A stretch of 64,000 nt of DNA from Psilocybe cubensis (Eukaryota). Location of the stretch: NCBI GenBank assembly GCA_017499595.2, contig CM039007.1, forward strand, positions 1,550,001-1,614,000, in the 5' to 3' direction. A program made the translations under genes and the position numbers. Positions 34,052-47,546 of the stretch are shown piece by piece. Below the pieces are notes generated by a model. That model ran no database searches. It saw only the letters and a program-made list of their open reading frames with translations, and was not told the DNA's origin. Numbering within the stretch: position 1 is the stretch's first letter; each line of letters starts with the position of its first letter.

Positions 34052-35849
34052 ATGGGTTCCATGCCTCGTCTTTTGATCTCTTTATTTGCTTGTCTGGCCT
34101 TAGTTCCAGCGATCCTTGGTGCCTTACATACTAGCTTCCCTTACGGCGAGGAGAAGATTCGCGGTGTCAACTTGGGTGGCTGGCTCGTGCTAGAGGTGCG
34201 CTTCATTTCCCTCTTCTAAGTGTACTTCACAAACGCTGACTCGAAATTTCAGTCTTTTACCACTCCTTCGCTCTTTGATCGGACGGGAGATGTCCGAGTT
34301 GTCGATGAATATACCTTTGGAAAATACATGCCTAAGCTTCGCGCCGAAGAGCTTCTCAAGGAACACTGGGACACCTTCATCACCGAGAAGGATTTCGAAG
34401 ATATTGCTGCTGCAGGGTGAGTAGACTTGTTAAGATTGCAAGCCAAAATGCCGCTGAACTCTACTCAATAAATAGTCTCAACCACGTTCGCATTCCGATT
34501 GGGCATTGGATGTTCGAGCGTGGCCCAGACGACCCTTACTACCAAGGCCAGCTCCCTTATCTCCTCAAGGCCGTTGAATGGGCTAGGAAATACGGTATCC
34601 ACATCATTGTGGCCTTGTATGGTAAGCTCCGCCGTCTGTCGAAATCGTAAACCGCGGTCTCATTAAATTACGCGTTTTAGGTGCCCCTGACAGTCAAAAC
34701 GGGTCAGTCATTCCATTGATAATACTCTACGTATTCTTAAGGTCTGCACAGATTCATCAACTCTGGTCATTTCCGTGATGCCGCGTAAGCTTCTCTGTGA
34801 AAACAATCCCTGTGCGTTAACTAAATTAAGTTATCCGATTAGGTATTGGCACAAGAACGGGACCAACGTCGACCGTACTCTCAACGTGATGAAAACTTTG
34901 ACCGCGATGTTCGAGGACCAGACTGACGTCGTCTCCATCATTCAAGTTATGAACGAGTGAGTTCCATCGTCCTTGAAGCATTACTGAATTTTTCCAACCT
35001 TCCCATTTCTTAGAGCTGCTGGTTTCCGCAAAGCAATTCTCAATCCCGAACTTCTTGAGGTTCTCAAAAAGGTATGTTACTACTTTTTGTGGTTTTATCT
35101 GCATTCTAATTGTTCCTTCGGTAGTACTACTATGATAGTTACAACTTCATTCGGTGAGCTATTATTATCTAGCTACGCTTTGAAATAACTCCTGATATCT
35201 TTTCTTTCTAGTAACCCTCTCGGCGGAAAGAAGAAGAGCAACCTGATCGTCATGCTTCACGATGCCTTCCAACACTTGAGCTACTGGAACAACTTCATGC
35301 CCAACAATACCTACGAAGGTGTTATGATGGATACCCACATTTATCAGATGTTTAATGATCACGTTGAGTGCTTTTGTTTTCGACTTCTGCCAAAACTCAC
35401 ACTGCGCAAACACTATCCCACAGGACGCCCATATGACCTACGACGAGCACATCCAACGCGCCTGCGCCAATGCCACTATCATGTCCAAGTCTCCAATGAT
35501 GACCATCATCGGTGAATGGACTTCCACCAACAATGACTGCGGTCCCCATCTCCTCGGACGTTTCGTCGGCCAACGCTATGATGGCACCCTTCCCGGAACC
35601 AACCGCGTCGGCAGCTGCATTGGCAGGACTGGCAAGGCCTCCACCTTCAGCGACGACTACAAGGAGTTCATGAGGAAGTACTGGGAAGCCCAAACTCAGT
35701 CTTACGAGAAGGGTGGAGAGGGTTGGATCATGTGGACCTGGAAGATGGAGAATGCGGACGAGTGGTCGTACAAGGCTGGATTGGAGAACGGTTGGATTCC
35801 TCAGGACCCTACCGACTACAAGTACCCCAACGTTTGTGGTACGAGTTGA
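34052..35849 (+). CDS. Secreted GH5 subfamily 9 exo-beta-1,3-glucanase-like protein
   Basis: Signal peptide; IRGVNLGGWLVLE, HVRIPIG, SQNG, VMNE (acid/base), DTHIYQ, IIGEW (nucleophile), GWIMWTWK. Confidence 0.9.
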
Positions 35850-36224
35850 TCTGGTGGGGAAGTGTAATCTTTTCGGGTTCGCTTTCTCTTCTTTTTTATT
35901 CTACCTCTTTTTTGGCTTTTTTTTCGTCTTCAGTCAGGGTCATCAAAGTCTTGTTCTGACTTAAATGATTGTTTGGAAGCTTTAGGATATAGCTTACTTT
36001 CATCGATGGCTTTCTGTATTTTGTATTTAATTTTATCAAAAACTGTTTGAGCTTCCAACGAGCGACCTGAGATAAGTACATCAGTGGGCACATAGATCTT
36101 ATCAGGGGTATTATCATCCCCAGATTAGATCAAGATTATTCGGGCCTTGCCACTTTCAACACTTGAATGTTGGACTTCTTGGTATCAGCACGACCACCAT
36201 CACGTCTACCATCATCCTGTGGAT

Positions 36225-38753
36225 ATGTATACGCAACTCGCTGAGATCCCAGTTCCAACCGGAGCGCGTTTCTTGGCCCGTCATGCTCTCGGTAATTGTC
36301 AATCGCTGTTCAAGAATACCCCAAATGCGACTTTGAATTGCATCTGCTAGATTCGAGGCCTGCCGCCGTAGAGGTCACATACTCAGTGAAAGACCACTTA
36401 AAGAACTCTAAACGGAACATGATCAAGACGATAGTATTTTCCACGGAGGCGACACATGGTCCAATCTCTGTTTCTACTGCTCTTCAAGATGTCGATATTG
36501 TTGCACAGCTTATCTCTCCGTCAGGCCAACGGCGAGCCATCCTGCGAAGCCCAAAGTCAGGAACCCCACGATATGTTGAAATTTGGAGAAATGGACTTCT
36601 GGAAACTTCCCTAGATGTGACGGACCTCCATGGAGATTTTTACTCGGATGGTAAGTGTAAATGATGTTTAGTAGAAGTTTCGCACGACCGCTCAAATGTC
36701 TGTGCCTCGTCATTGTCAGAGTTCCTTGGATCACTATCCTTTTCGCCTTCAGAAACCACAGTGCTGTATACAGCAGAAGCTAAGGCACCTGAGACGAAAG
36801 ACCCATTTGAGAAGTTCAAGTTCACTCCCGATTTCGGCGAAGGTCTAACTGGGAAACGTCGACCAGTCATCTTCATCTTTAATTGGGAAAATCCACCCAG
36901 TGAAGACGGCGACAAGAGAACTTTGGTACAGATAACTACACCAGATGGTGATACTCGGTTCGGCCAAGCCGTATTCTCTTCCAACTCGGATAAGGTCATC
37001 TACGCAACGGGATACGATTTCACTGCAGACGGACGGATATTAGGCATTAAAGGCTGTTTCAATCGCCCTTCGGGTATATGGAAGTTGAATATAGCTTCCG
37101 AGCCACCCACTCGTACGGATGACTTTAAAATTCGTCCAGTAAAGGTGGACGCGTCTGTGCAAAAACTGACGCCACGCCATGTCTCATGCCGTTCTCCTCG
37201 CATTTTCACCCATAACGGACGAAGCACTTTGATCTGGCTATCTAGTGCTAGTGGTGGTGCCCATCTTGCTAGTTCGACATTGTACTCTCTCGATGTCACT
37301 AATGATTCCTCTGAGCCTTTGAACATCCCTTCTCCTCATGAGCCATTGGTGGGAATTGTTGATACACCAGGGCCCCAAACAAACGGCTTTCCGGGACTCT
37401 ATCCAACCTACAATATTTTACCAGACGCAACTGCGATTTCTCCTGCTGGGCTTTCTGTCTTGGTGAGTTCTCACTGGGGCTCCCGCACCACCGTTCTTCA
37501 AATATCTTTGAAAGACGGTCTGGTTAGGGACCTTATTCCCATTTCGACATTGTATAGCTGGTCGGTTCTAGCTACGGATGGTTTCACTCGTGTAATTTGT
37601 TCTTGTAGTTCCCCTTCTTTGCCTTACGAAATTGTGCTTGGAGAGTTCGATGAGACAGGGGCCATTAGCTGGCGAGTACTCGATAAACCTGAGCTTCCTG
37701 AAGATGGTTTGTTATTCTTAAGGCCCTATCTATCCAGTCATCCTAACCCAAGCATATGACAGTCAGTTCAGCTTTGGCAGGTATTCGTACGAAGATCGTT
37801 CGAATTCCTGGGCGTCCTGGTGTAGAAACAATTGTCGTTCAGGGTGCTAACAGGGGAAGCGGGACGATTCCGCCTTGCATTCTTTCTCCTCACGGTGGAC
37901 CACATGGTGCTAGTACCACTGCATTCTCACCAACTACAGCTGCATTGGTCATTGAAGGCTGTAAGTAAATATTGCTACCAAGCTTCAGAAACTTGCTTAT
38001 ATTGCATCTAGACACAATTTCCTTCCCAAATTATACAGGATCCCCTGGATATGGAGAGGCTTTTATCCAAGCCTTGGTTGGTCGATGCGGAGAACTCGAT
38101 GTCCAAGATTGTATAGCGTCTGCCCGGCACCTCATCTCTCTCGGGATTTCCAAGGAAGGCCCGGGAATGCAATTGATAACGGGTGGAAGCCATGGAGGGT
38201 TTTTAACGGCGCACCGTATGTTCTTGGCCTCACGCAGACAAACTACATGCTAAAAAACCATGCAGTCGTTGGACAGTTCCCAAATTTCTTTTCAGCCGCT
38301 ATTTTGCGTAACCCTGTTATCTCGGTCGGAGAGATCTCGACCAGCGACATTCCAGACTGGTATTTTTCCGAGTTCGGTTTCGACTACCCAGTGTTTTCGT
38401 CTTCCATGTCAAACACAGAACAACTTGCGTCGTACCCAAACCCTCCGTTGGTAACCCCAATGACATTTGCCACCCTCCAAGCTGCTTCGCCCGTGGCATA
38501 CATCGACGCTGTATCCGTCCCTGTCTTACTTTTGATCGGCGCAGAGGATCGGAGGGTGTCACCAACTCAGGGCATCGAATATTATCATGCTTTGAAAGCG
38601 CGGTACTCGGCGAAATCGAAAGCCAGCAAGGTAGAGATGCTCGTGTTCGAAGGCGAAAGTCATCCTCTCGATGGTGTGGAGGCAGCCAAGGCGAGCTTTG
38701 AGGCTACGGTGCAATGGTTTAGAGAAGCAGTAAACTCAAAGAACCATTTGTAG
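36225..38753 (+). CDS. Acylamino-acid-releasing enzyme (S9C peptidase); start approximate
   Basis: HGGPH, NYTGSPGYG, GGSHGG nucleophile motif, RNPV, EDRRV, ESHPLD. Confidence 0.92.
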
Positions 38754-39409
38754 AAGGTCTTATGGGATGATTTTGCAATTTGAAAATTCTGTGTTAGGGC
38801 AAGGACTCGTAAATCTATGATGTTCCTCGTCAGACGCGTCACCTGTTCAATGAGTAGTTTATATTGAAGAGAATGGCACGTAAACTAGTATATAGGACTA
38901 GGAGGAGCACGCGCACTTGCAAACTCAGGATGAAAAGGTAGGACGTACGCGTGTCATCGTTGCTGTTAACTACACAAAGCATTGTATTTACATCGCAAAA
39001 AATAAGTGTGTACATCAGTGGGACTGTTGGTTCTCAATTTAGTGAGAAATAGCTAGTAGCAATGTCCCTCAATGATAGTAGTAACAAAGCATGATGTTAG
39101 CAAACAAGATAGTGTGGCGCATAGGCCCTAAACTACTGATTTTTCGCGGGGGTATAGGGGTATAACAGATATCCATCCATCCATTCACTGTCTTGCACGA
39201 AGTTCGAACGAGGGTGGTTGTTGACATAGAGGATAGTGATGACAAAAGAAAACAAAAGATAGGTAAGGGCAAGTTGGTTGATGGTCATCAAACCATCTGC
39301 CGTCGTAACTCGGTCGAGTTCAGTAGGTCCGTGTCTAGTCGTGTTTGATGTTAGAAAAGGACGTTAGCGGGCTCTTATGAGCGATGGGAGAAAGCAATAA
39401 TCTCCAAGG

Positions 39410-41444
39410 CTATGATAGGGCATCATGATGACTATACGGAGGTCGCAGAGAGTCGCCTGAACTTCCAGTGGTTGCGGTATGATAGGACGCATTTGTCCCA
39501 CGACTACCTGCCGTGCCAGTCGAAAATGTATCAGTAATGGGACTACTGGGTGGCCGATCTGGTATACTGTTGGGGGTGGACATCCTCCGCATCGCGCTCG
39601 GGTCTGACCTACCCACCATGAGCTCTCCATGTTCGGTGGCGCCACCCAAGAGCAGCTCAGCACGAGCGGACAGGCTGTTTGCTCTACTGGGTGGGTTACT
39701 TCCGTTGGCGGGCATCATGTCATAGTCGGTGCTGGCAAAAGAGAGAAGCGTGTTGCGGGTGGGTGGTCTACTGGACGTATACATGCTTCCACCTTGGCGG
39801 ACGCTTGATGCTCCTATGCTCGACGCGATTTCCCCCGACCCCATCGATTCGATTGTGGGCATACGCCGTATATATCCATTGAGCATACGCACATCCTGGT
39901 CAGGAGGATACGGCAGCCCGAATTCGTTATAGCCAAGCGTCGGCGCAACGGGAGGGAGATTGAAAATATTGCTGTTGTGTCGGCCTTGTGTGTGTTCGTG
40001 AATGTATACGTCGTCATTGTTGTCGTCATCGTCGTCGTTGCCTGGGGAATAAGAAGGAGGGAGGTGCGCGGATTCGGAAATGTTCTCAGGAGACTCGTGT
40101 CGGGCGTATTCCACCGCAGCGTCTGTTTCCTGACTGATCTGGGATAGAAGCGACCGGAAGCGTTCTCCATAGCCGCATTGATCGTATTTGCCCTCTGACT
40201 CGACAGAGCCCGACGGCGTGCGGCCGTATCCTTGGGCGTCACCGTGAGCGGTTTCACCAGAGAAATCTGAGGAGTGGGACCGCGCTGGTCGTATGCTACG
40301 GCCCGTCGCTTCCTTCAGCGTTGCGCCACCTAAAGATACATCTGATGGTTGATGATAAACTCGCAAATCCTGTTGTCGATCCTGATGTGGTACTATTATC
40401 GACGAAGATATTGGCGTCAGTGTCTCTGATCCTGACCGAAGGCGGTGATGGAGTGGAGGGCGTCGAGGAAAGTCAGGATGAAGGAGTGTGAGTGTATGGT
40501 ATATGGCCTATATTTTCCATAGTTAGTAACATGTAGATAACGAATATTGAGATACTCACGATAATAAAGAACGTAATGGCGAGGCGAATACATGATAATA
40601 GGAGCCAAATAGCCCATGAGGAGGCACCGTCATGACAAGGATTGGTGGTCACCGACCAAACAATGTCAACAGACAAGTGGCATCGACTGTGCACGTTGTA
40701 TCGGTGATTCGGTGAATTCTTCCAGATAAACGTCAAAGCAAACGCTACAGCAGCAGGCGCAAGGAGTGTAAACGATGCTAAGTGCTGCAACAGGAAGAAA
40801 AATTGAAGTATGCGCCTTAGAGCAGGGCTGTGAACTTGAAGATGCTGCTTTATCCCAGAAAGAACCAGTGTTAAGAAGGTAATGGCAAAAGTGATGCCTG
40901 CACTGATTCCCAATGCCAGACAAATTGAACGGCCAGCGAGTGTATCGCTTCCATACAAACGAGACGCGATGAAATAGCGAGCGACGTTGTAGGCGGACCA
41001 AATAGCTTGCGGTGGACAAAAATTAGAACTGATGCCAAAAATGCCACATCACTCCAACGACTCACCTATGACGACTTGAAGTGAGAACCGTATTCTCTTT
41101 CTCCGTCTCCAGGGCTTTCGAGTACCTTGAAGCGATGTTCTGGATTTCTCGCCAGGGCTGCTGGATCCCTCAAAAGGTGCAGGAGGATCTGTCCATCGTA
41201 ACTGTGGCACAGTTTCATGTGGAAGTCTTGTTTCGTGAAACGAACGTTGATAAACTGACACAGTGCGTTGAGGCGAGCTTGGATGAAGAAGTGGCTCGTT
41301 CGGTTGCGAATGTGCACTGGTAGTGTTGGTATGCAAAGTAGTTGTAGATACGGTGGAATGGTGTCTAGAATGTTCGGGTAACTCCCCTTGTATGTCCGAT
41401 GAATCCCGGGTGTTGAGTGCGTTGTGTAGATAAATAGCGGCCAT
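39410..41444 (-). CDS. Uncharacterised membrane protein (~4 TM) with long Ser/Pro-rich tail
   Basis: Three long same-strand ORF segments joined by plausible introns; hydrophobic central exon with RCHLSVDIVWS; tail with RRMPTIES. Confidence 0.7.
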
Positions 41445-42170
41445 CCAATTCCAAGGTTACCATTCGATACTGTAACGGTATTTAACTTGAACTTTCGGCG
41501 CTCAGGAACAGTTACCAGACATGGACCTGTAGATTAAACTTCATTGAGCATAAGATATCGTCGTTAAAAGGATCAGGAGACTTACCTGGCTGAAATGAAT
41601 TCCAACCAAGACGAAGTTGAGAGACTCCTGAATTTCAAAGTTTGTGGCATGCCATAGTTTTATGTTTGGCTAAATGATGGCAACCAAATAAACTACCGCG
41701 CTAAAGCCGCCTATATATTGACGACATGATGATAATGATGTAAATCAGATCTAGGCAGTAAGTAGACTAGTAGACTAGTAACGCTTATAGAAAGTCAGAC
41801 CCAGGAAAAGAGGGGCGCAAATCAATGAAAAACGAAACGTAGTCGAAGAAGTTAGGAGCTTGGGAGGGAATTGTCAGCGCCGTTAAAAATAGATTCGATG
41901 GGGTCGACTTATAAATAGTGCAACGGCCGAGCAATAGTCCATGTTTGATGTGATTCAACAAAGAACATACAACACAATTATGTGATAATTGGTATTCGAA
42001 AAGGTTTTCTTATGATGACTAGTCATTCGTCAATCGTGCATTCAATATCAAAATTTTGATGTTGCTAACGTCAGGCATACTACAATTCAGCACACTCGCA
42101 ATATATATCTGGTCGGCCGTTAATATCTATTGCCAATAAGATCTGAAAGGATAGTCGCTGAACATTAAAG

Positions 42171-43271
42171 GGGCACTGGAAAATGTCAGTGCAATGTCAG
42201 TGCGGTCAGTGCATGTCAGTGCATACCACAGTAATGTCAGTGCAATGTCAGTGCATGTTTCCAATAATCTATAAGTTGGTCATGGTGTGTCAGTACATGC
42301 CTGTGCGTGCAGGGTTATGTTAGTGCATTGGTTAGTTCATCGTGATGGTGTGGTGGCAAAATTTGAACTTGTTAAATTGGGGCCGTGAGAAAGTTAACTT
42401 GGGATGATTAAAGCATACGGTCTCGGAGTTTCTGGGTCAGGCATAGCTAAATAACAAGATATAGAAGTAAATATATATTCTCTACATTTTCAAGTAACAG
42501 TCTGGTGTACTAAATCAAGCATAGATGTGGGAAGAATGAATGAATTGTATTGGAATCATTAAATAGGCGCCTCAGAGTATTCCAGTGTATAACTGATCCT
42601 GTTTGACAATGATTTGGGATCGTCCTTGGCTGCAGGCGCAACAATGCTTTGGTATTGGCCTTGGCTTGGGGTGCGGATTTCTAGTAAGTATTTCGATGTC
42701 CCCATGTCACAGCTGAAAGTGAAAGGGAATTACAAAGTCCCATTGAAGCACCCTAGTCAAGCGGGTCTTGGGAACAGCTGATGGACCAGAGGAAACTCAT
42801 ACAGTCTACTTACCTAAAATTGTGTCCTTCATTTGAAATAAAAGATAACATGATTATAAGGTAAAAACTATGTCAGTGCATCGTCAGTGCACCATTAATG
42901 AAGGTCAGTGTATGTCAGTGCATGTGAGTGCACCGTCAGTGCATGTAAGTGCACCATCAGTGCATGTCAGTGCAAAGTCAGTGCAATTGCTTGGCGGTCA
43001 GTGCATGTGTCAGTGCATCAACTCTTGGTATTCAGTATAGAGATAATTCTAGGAGGATAGTAGATTTCTAGACACTTATAATACATTCAAAATCCGTCTA
43101 AGTAATCCTGCACTGAACACAGTTTCATTTTATATAAGTACAGACTTCAACTTTTTCACAAATCCTAAGTGATGTCAGTGCATGTCAGTGCATAGACATT
43201 ATATTGTCAGCGCATGTCAGTGCCGACGTGCACTTACATGCACTGACATGCACTGACATTTCTTGTTGCCC
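42171..43271. mobile_element. Non-autonomous TIR DNA transposon (Mutator-like), 1101 bp, with many TGTCAGTGCA repeats
   Basis: Exact 9-bp flanks ACATTAAAG (42162-42170, 43272-43280); imperfect TIRs GGGCA(N5)AAATGTCAGTGCA; no ORF. Confidence 0.87.
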
Positions 43272-43915
43272 ACATTAAAGAAGCCTCGAAGAGAAGGCGA
43301 TGGATTTGGAGCACGTGACCCAGCATGGACCATAGCTCTATTATCCAACAAAGAAGATGTTACAGACCCACCTGAATGAAGAGCACAGGGATATATGAGG
43401 CTCATAAAGCTTTCCCCGACGTGTAAAATGCCGACAATGTGATGCGATGGTGATGGCGACCTTCATTGAGCATGTTCTGAATAGCACCAGGTGTGGACTA
43501 GAACGTAGATGGTGCCCGAGAAAGTTGAAAGTCGATCCTGGAGCACCTTCACGCAACCTTTCTCCACCCTCTCTGACAAAAATCATTCCGACTAGACATT
43601 TTCAGGGCTGGCGACACTTTATTGGTATCCCAAGTATGGTTGTGATTCTGAAAGTTTCGAAAGTCACCAGGAGGGGTTGCGATAAAAGTTTCGTAATGAA
43701 TTACTTTTGCATATTCTGGTGTTTTTCAAAGAATATGAGCTATGAAGAAGGGGCACCGTCGTGGAAAGTCGTGAAACCGTCATGATGGGCAAAATAGAAA
43801 GAATAATTTTGGTATAATTTTACAATAATTTAAATTTGATTAGGTAATACGCTGATTCAATTGTGCAACACCGCCGCACCGATCGCTTTCAGGTTGGTTG
43901 TACTCGGTCTCCATC

Positions 43916-45085
43916 ATGTCCAAGCTAGCAAAGGATGCCGCAGCCTTCAAGAGCACTCTTCAACGACAGGATTATACATCGTGGCATTCTCAACCAAAGC
44001 CATCTACGTCAAGTTCAGCCGCGCCTTCATCTTCTGCAGGAGCTGGCTTGGCCATAGCAGGGGAAAGTCCTAACGCTGGGAGCAAAAAGAAACGCCCAAA
44101 GACGAGTATGCTTGCATCCTCTTCTATGGTTAACGTATAGGCAAATGGTGAACGTTTGTTCAGATATCGTGTACTCGCAGCCTGCGGACACGGGGACAGG
44201 GAACAACATCAACACTCAACTGGTATATGCTGTGAATCACCTGAAGGTGTGTCGCCGGCAGGGATCACATAATGAGAGTGTACTGATCCAACAACATCGC
44301 TAGTCCACCCCTAATCCTATGCGATTGCAAGACTTAGCTATCGTCACAAGTACCCCTCTTGATACAGACCCCTTACTTCTCGAAAAGTTCAAGGCCCATG
44401 ATCGGATTCAGTGGGATCCTAAGACAGATCTGTACTCATACAAAGTATGCATCTCGGTTGACTTTCGTTCCATCTGTCTAACCGTGCTGTGAAGCATGAA
44501 TATTCTTTCCGAAACAAAGCTGCTCTCTTGACGGAGATCCAGCGACAAACGAGAAAGGGAGGAGGAATATCCGTTCGGGCCTTGAAAGAGTCGTGGAAAG
44601 AGGCACCACAGGCGATCGAAGAGTTGGAAAAGGAGGGGGAGGTGTTAGTAACACGGACCGTTAAAGATGGACAACTTCGAATGGTTTTCTGGAATGAGAT
44701 CAAGCCGACGGAAAACAGCGGCGGGGCCCCTGTTGAAAAAGGTACGAATCTCATTCAACCCACCACATTATCAAGGGAGTAAGATGCACGTCATTTCAAT
44801 TTTAGAATTTCACGACCTCTGGCATTCGCTCAAAGTGCCCAACGATGTCGATCTTCTGAAGCAGCTTGCCTCCGGTAGGTCTATGTCAAGGTTCTTTACC
44901 CCATGCTGACGTTGGTTTCAGAGGGTCTACAGGTGACAGCGGCAGAAACGGTAGTTCCAAAGGCTCCTGCAGGAAAGAAGAAGGGCAAAAAGGGAGGGGC
45001 ACCACGCCAACGCCAAGTGAGGATAACAAACACTCATTTGAAGGGCGAGATCGACCTCCACTATGCTGCTGCTCATGCGAAGTAG
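43916..45085 (+). CDS. TFA2: Transcription initiation factor TFIIE beta subunit
   Basis: QLVYAVNHLK, winged-helix segments, LKESW..IEELEKEGEVLV, VFWN, EFHDLWHSLKVP, C-terminal RITNTHL. Confidence 0.9.
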
Positions 45086-45336
45086 TTGTTTCACTTTCCG
45101 GTAGCATTTACATTGACCATTTCTATACCTGTACATTATTGTTTGCTGAATATAATTTTTTCCAATACAGATGTTTGAGTCATCTCAGAACCAAATGCTT
45201 TTTGTATGTAAGTCAAGCGCTGCAGGTATACACCATGAAAGTTGTTTGCTCTCGTAACCAGGCAATACTATCCATGCACCAATACCGCTTATTCTCACAA
45301 CCGCGAACGAACTTCCCGGCGACTTTCAAATGAATC

Positions 45337-47546
45337 CTACAGCAGCCTATTCAGCTCTGGCATTGCAGAGGTGCGTATCAATTTCTCAGCCTCTTTTGAA
45401 CGCGGCTTAATCGAGCATTCGTATGGCCTAGGAACACTGATTTGACTCAGTTAGCATCGATTGCATTTAGAAAGGAGTCCGGAACTAATTTAACGAACCT
45501 TATGAGTGCAGGGAAATATTCATGCGTGAGTTCAATCACATTGCCATCCTTGTCGGTCGCTTTTTCAATATCAAATACAGCAAGCATCGATGCCAATGTA
45601 ATCCAGATGGACGAATAGGCAAGATATCGGCCCGGACATATCCTGTGACGACATGGTTCTCTGGTCAGTATGATACCTTAGACCATTAACAATTGTCAGC
45701 AATTACCGCCTTCCGAAACCCCAACAAGCATGGGCGGGATCGCGCACAGCTGAGTTCAATTTTCCATCCTTCATGAATCTATCTGGATTAAAGGTAAAAG
45801 GATCGGGGTAGGTTTTTTCGTGGTGTAGCATGGCCCTAATAAAGTTTCAGACAGTAAACTCATACTACAACTTGAATGACAATACCAGGAGTTTGCGATA
45901 ACAATCGACCCAGCTGGAATGCGGTACCCTTTGTACTCGTCTTCGACAGTAACAAGGTGCGGAATCCCTATCAATCATCAATATTCATGGTTTGAGCTGA
46001 TTTTGTGCGATAAATGATGAAGACCTACCAATCGGCACAATGGCCCTCCATCGAAGAGCCTCCATCGCTATCGCAGTGATATAATGCAGCGAATCTTGGT
46101 CTTCAAACTCGGGCAGGTGTCCAGGCTTTATTACTCTGTCAAGTTCCTCCTGAGCCTTCTTCATAACCTCTGGCCTTTCTAGGAGACCCAGGATACACGA
46201 TGCTAGGGCAGACAGCGTCTATAAACAGTAAGTACATCATTCCACCGTCCATAATATCCTTGGAGAACTATGACCTACGGTATCGGTTCCTCCTAAAAAG
46301 ACGGTGTTACCATTGCCCAACCCTTACGTTTATGCTCTTACCTGCGTACATTGTACCCGCAGCATGCTTCACTACCTCTTCTTGCTCTGGATCGCGACCG
46401 TCTATCTGCCGAAGATGAGAGCACACCATCGAATGCGGAGAAGTTCCATCCGCCTGATCAAGCAAATGAATGAATTCAATGCAATTGAGTAAAGTGAAAC
46501 GATAACCTACAATAATCTTCTTTGCCGCTGCAAAGGGTGTCTCTATCATGGAAATGGTAGATCTCTTCCATTCCCGTGCCTTTCGTTTGAAGCTGGCACC
46601 TGGACACCATTCTGGGACGTACTTCAGGGCAGGGATTGCATCCACCAGGAACGTTCCCGGTACTGCCGCGATAGAAAACCCCTCCACACCGTGCTCTGCG
46701 ACTTGAATATACGGGTCGTCATGCGGTTGTACGTCCAAGCCATACGTGACCGACATGATGGTTTCAGCAGCCATGCTAGGTAGTAAAACTGTTGAGCGCA
46801 AATTAACCAAGAAGCGAAGGGCTCACTAACTGTCTCAAATTTCCCACTATATCCCTCGGAATCTCGAGACAACGATTGAGTAGGTTGCGTGCTGATTTGA
46901 GGACATGAGGTCGGAAGAGCAGTGCTGTACCAGGATGGAAGCTATGGTGCACTACACGTCGTCGCTTGCGCCTGTTGCATACATTTCACATTTAATTATT
47001 GCGAAGCTTTTCAGAAGTATCAGCGCTTACCAACCGTCGCCTGACAGATTCACGGGTTCGTGTCAACCTTTAGTATGGTAAAGAGAATGCCAATTGACTT
47101 CAGATTAACGAACCGTATTTCATGAACCCGAACGCAAATTCCCAACCTATGAGCTCATTCACCATGGGAAGCCGAGCTCTGCTGGAGTATATGGAAGAAC
47201 GTTTCTCGAGCAATTCAAAGGCTGCTTCTGCTGAGTCGAGAACAATAATATCTGTACCAGCAGCATTAAGGTAGAGGATATCGGTATCTGATAAATAATG
47301 CACTTCATTGGTCAACGCGAATTGATTTTTACATCCAAGCTGCTTACCTAGATCCTTTGACCACTGATGGTAGGCAACCCATTCTGGATTTTTTGGCATA
47401 TTGAGCAGGTTGCCTATCAGCGGTAACCCTTTGGGGCCGGGGGGAAGAGGGAGGTGAGTAAGTGGACCGGTGTTCGATCTTTTAGAATAGATAAAGAGCA
47501 CTGTTGTCAATGCCATGAATATGGCAATGGTTAACTCTTGCTCCAT
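45337..47546 (-). CDS. Cytochrome P450 monooxygenase (Agaricomycete expanded clan)
   Basis: TM anchor plus PPGPKGLPLIGN, I-helix AGGTDT, MEALRW (ExxR), FNPDRF, heme motif WGFGRRICPG. Confidence 0.93.

Noticed and set aside
41580-41590. ACTTACCTGGC resembling the U1 snRNA 5' end
   Set aside because: Better read as a minus-strand CAG/GTAAGT donor with a matching acceptor near 41527; no U1 stem-loops recognised
42180-43260. Repeat clusters as a CRISPR-like array
   Set aside because: Eukaryotic DNA, ~10-nt units, no regular spacers, bounded by TIRs and a TSD
45337-47546. P450 as part of a secondary-metabolite cluster such as psilocybin
   Set aside because: No synthase, decarboxylase, kinase or methyltransferase nearby; neighbours are housekeeping genes
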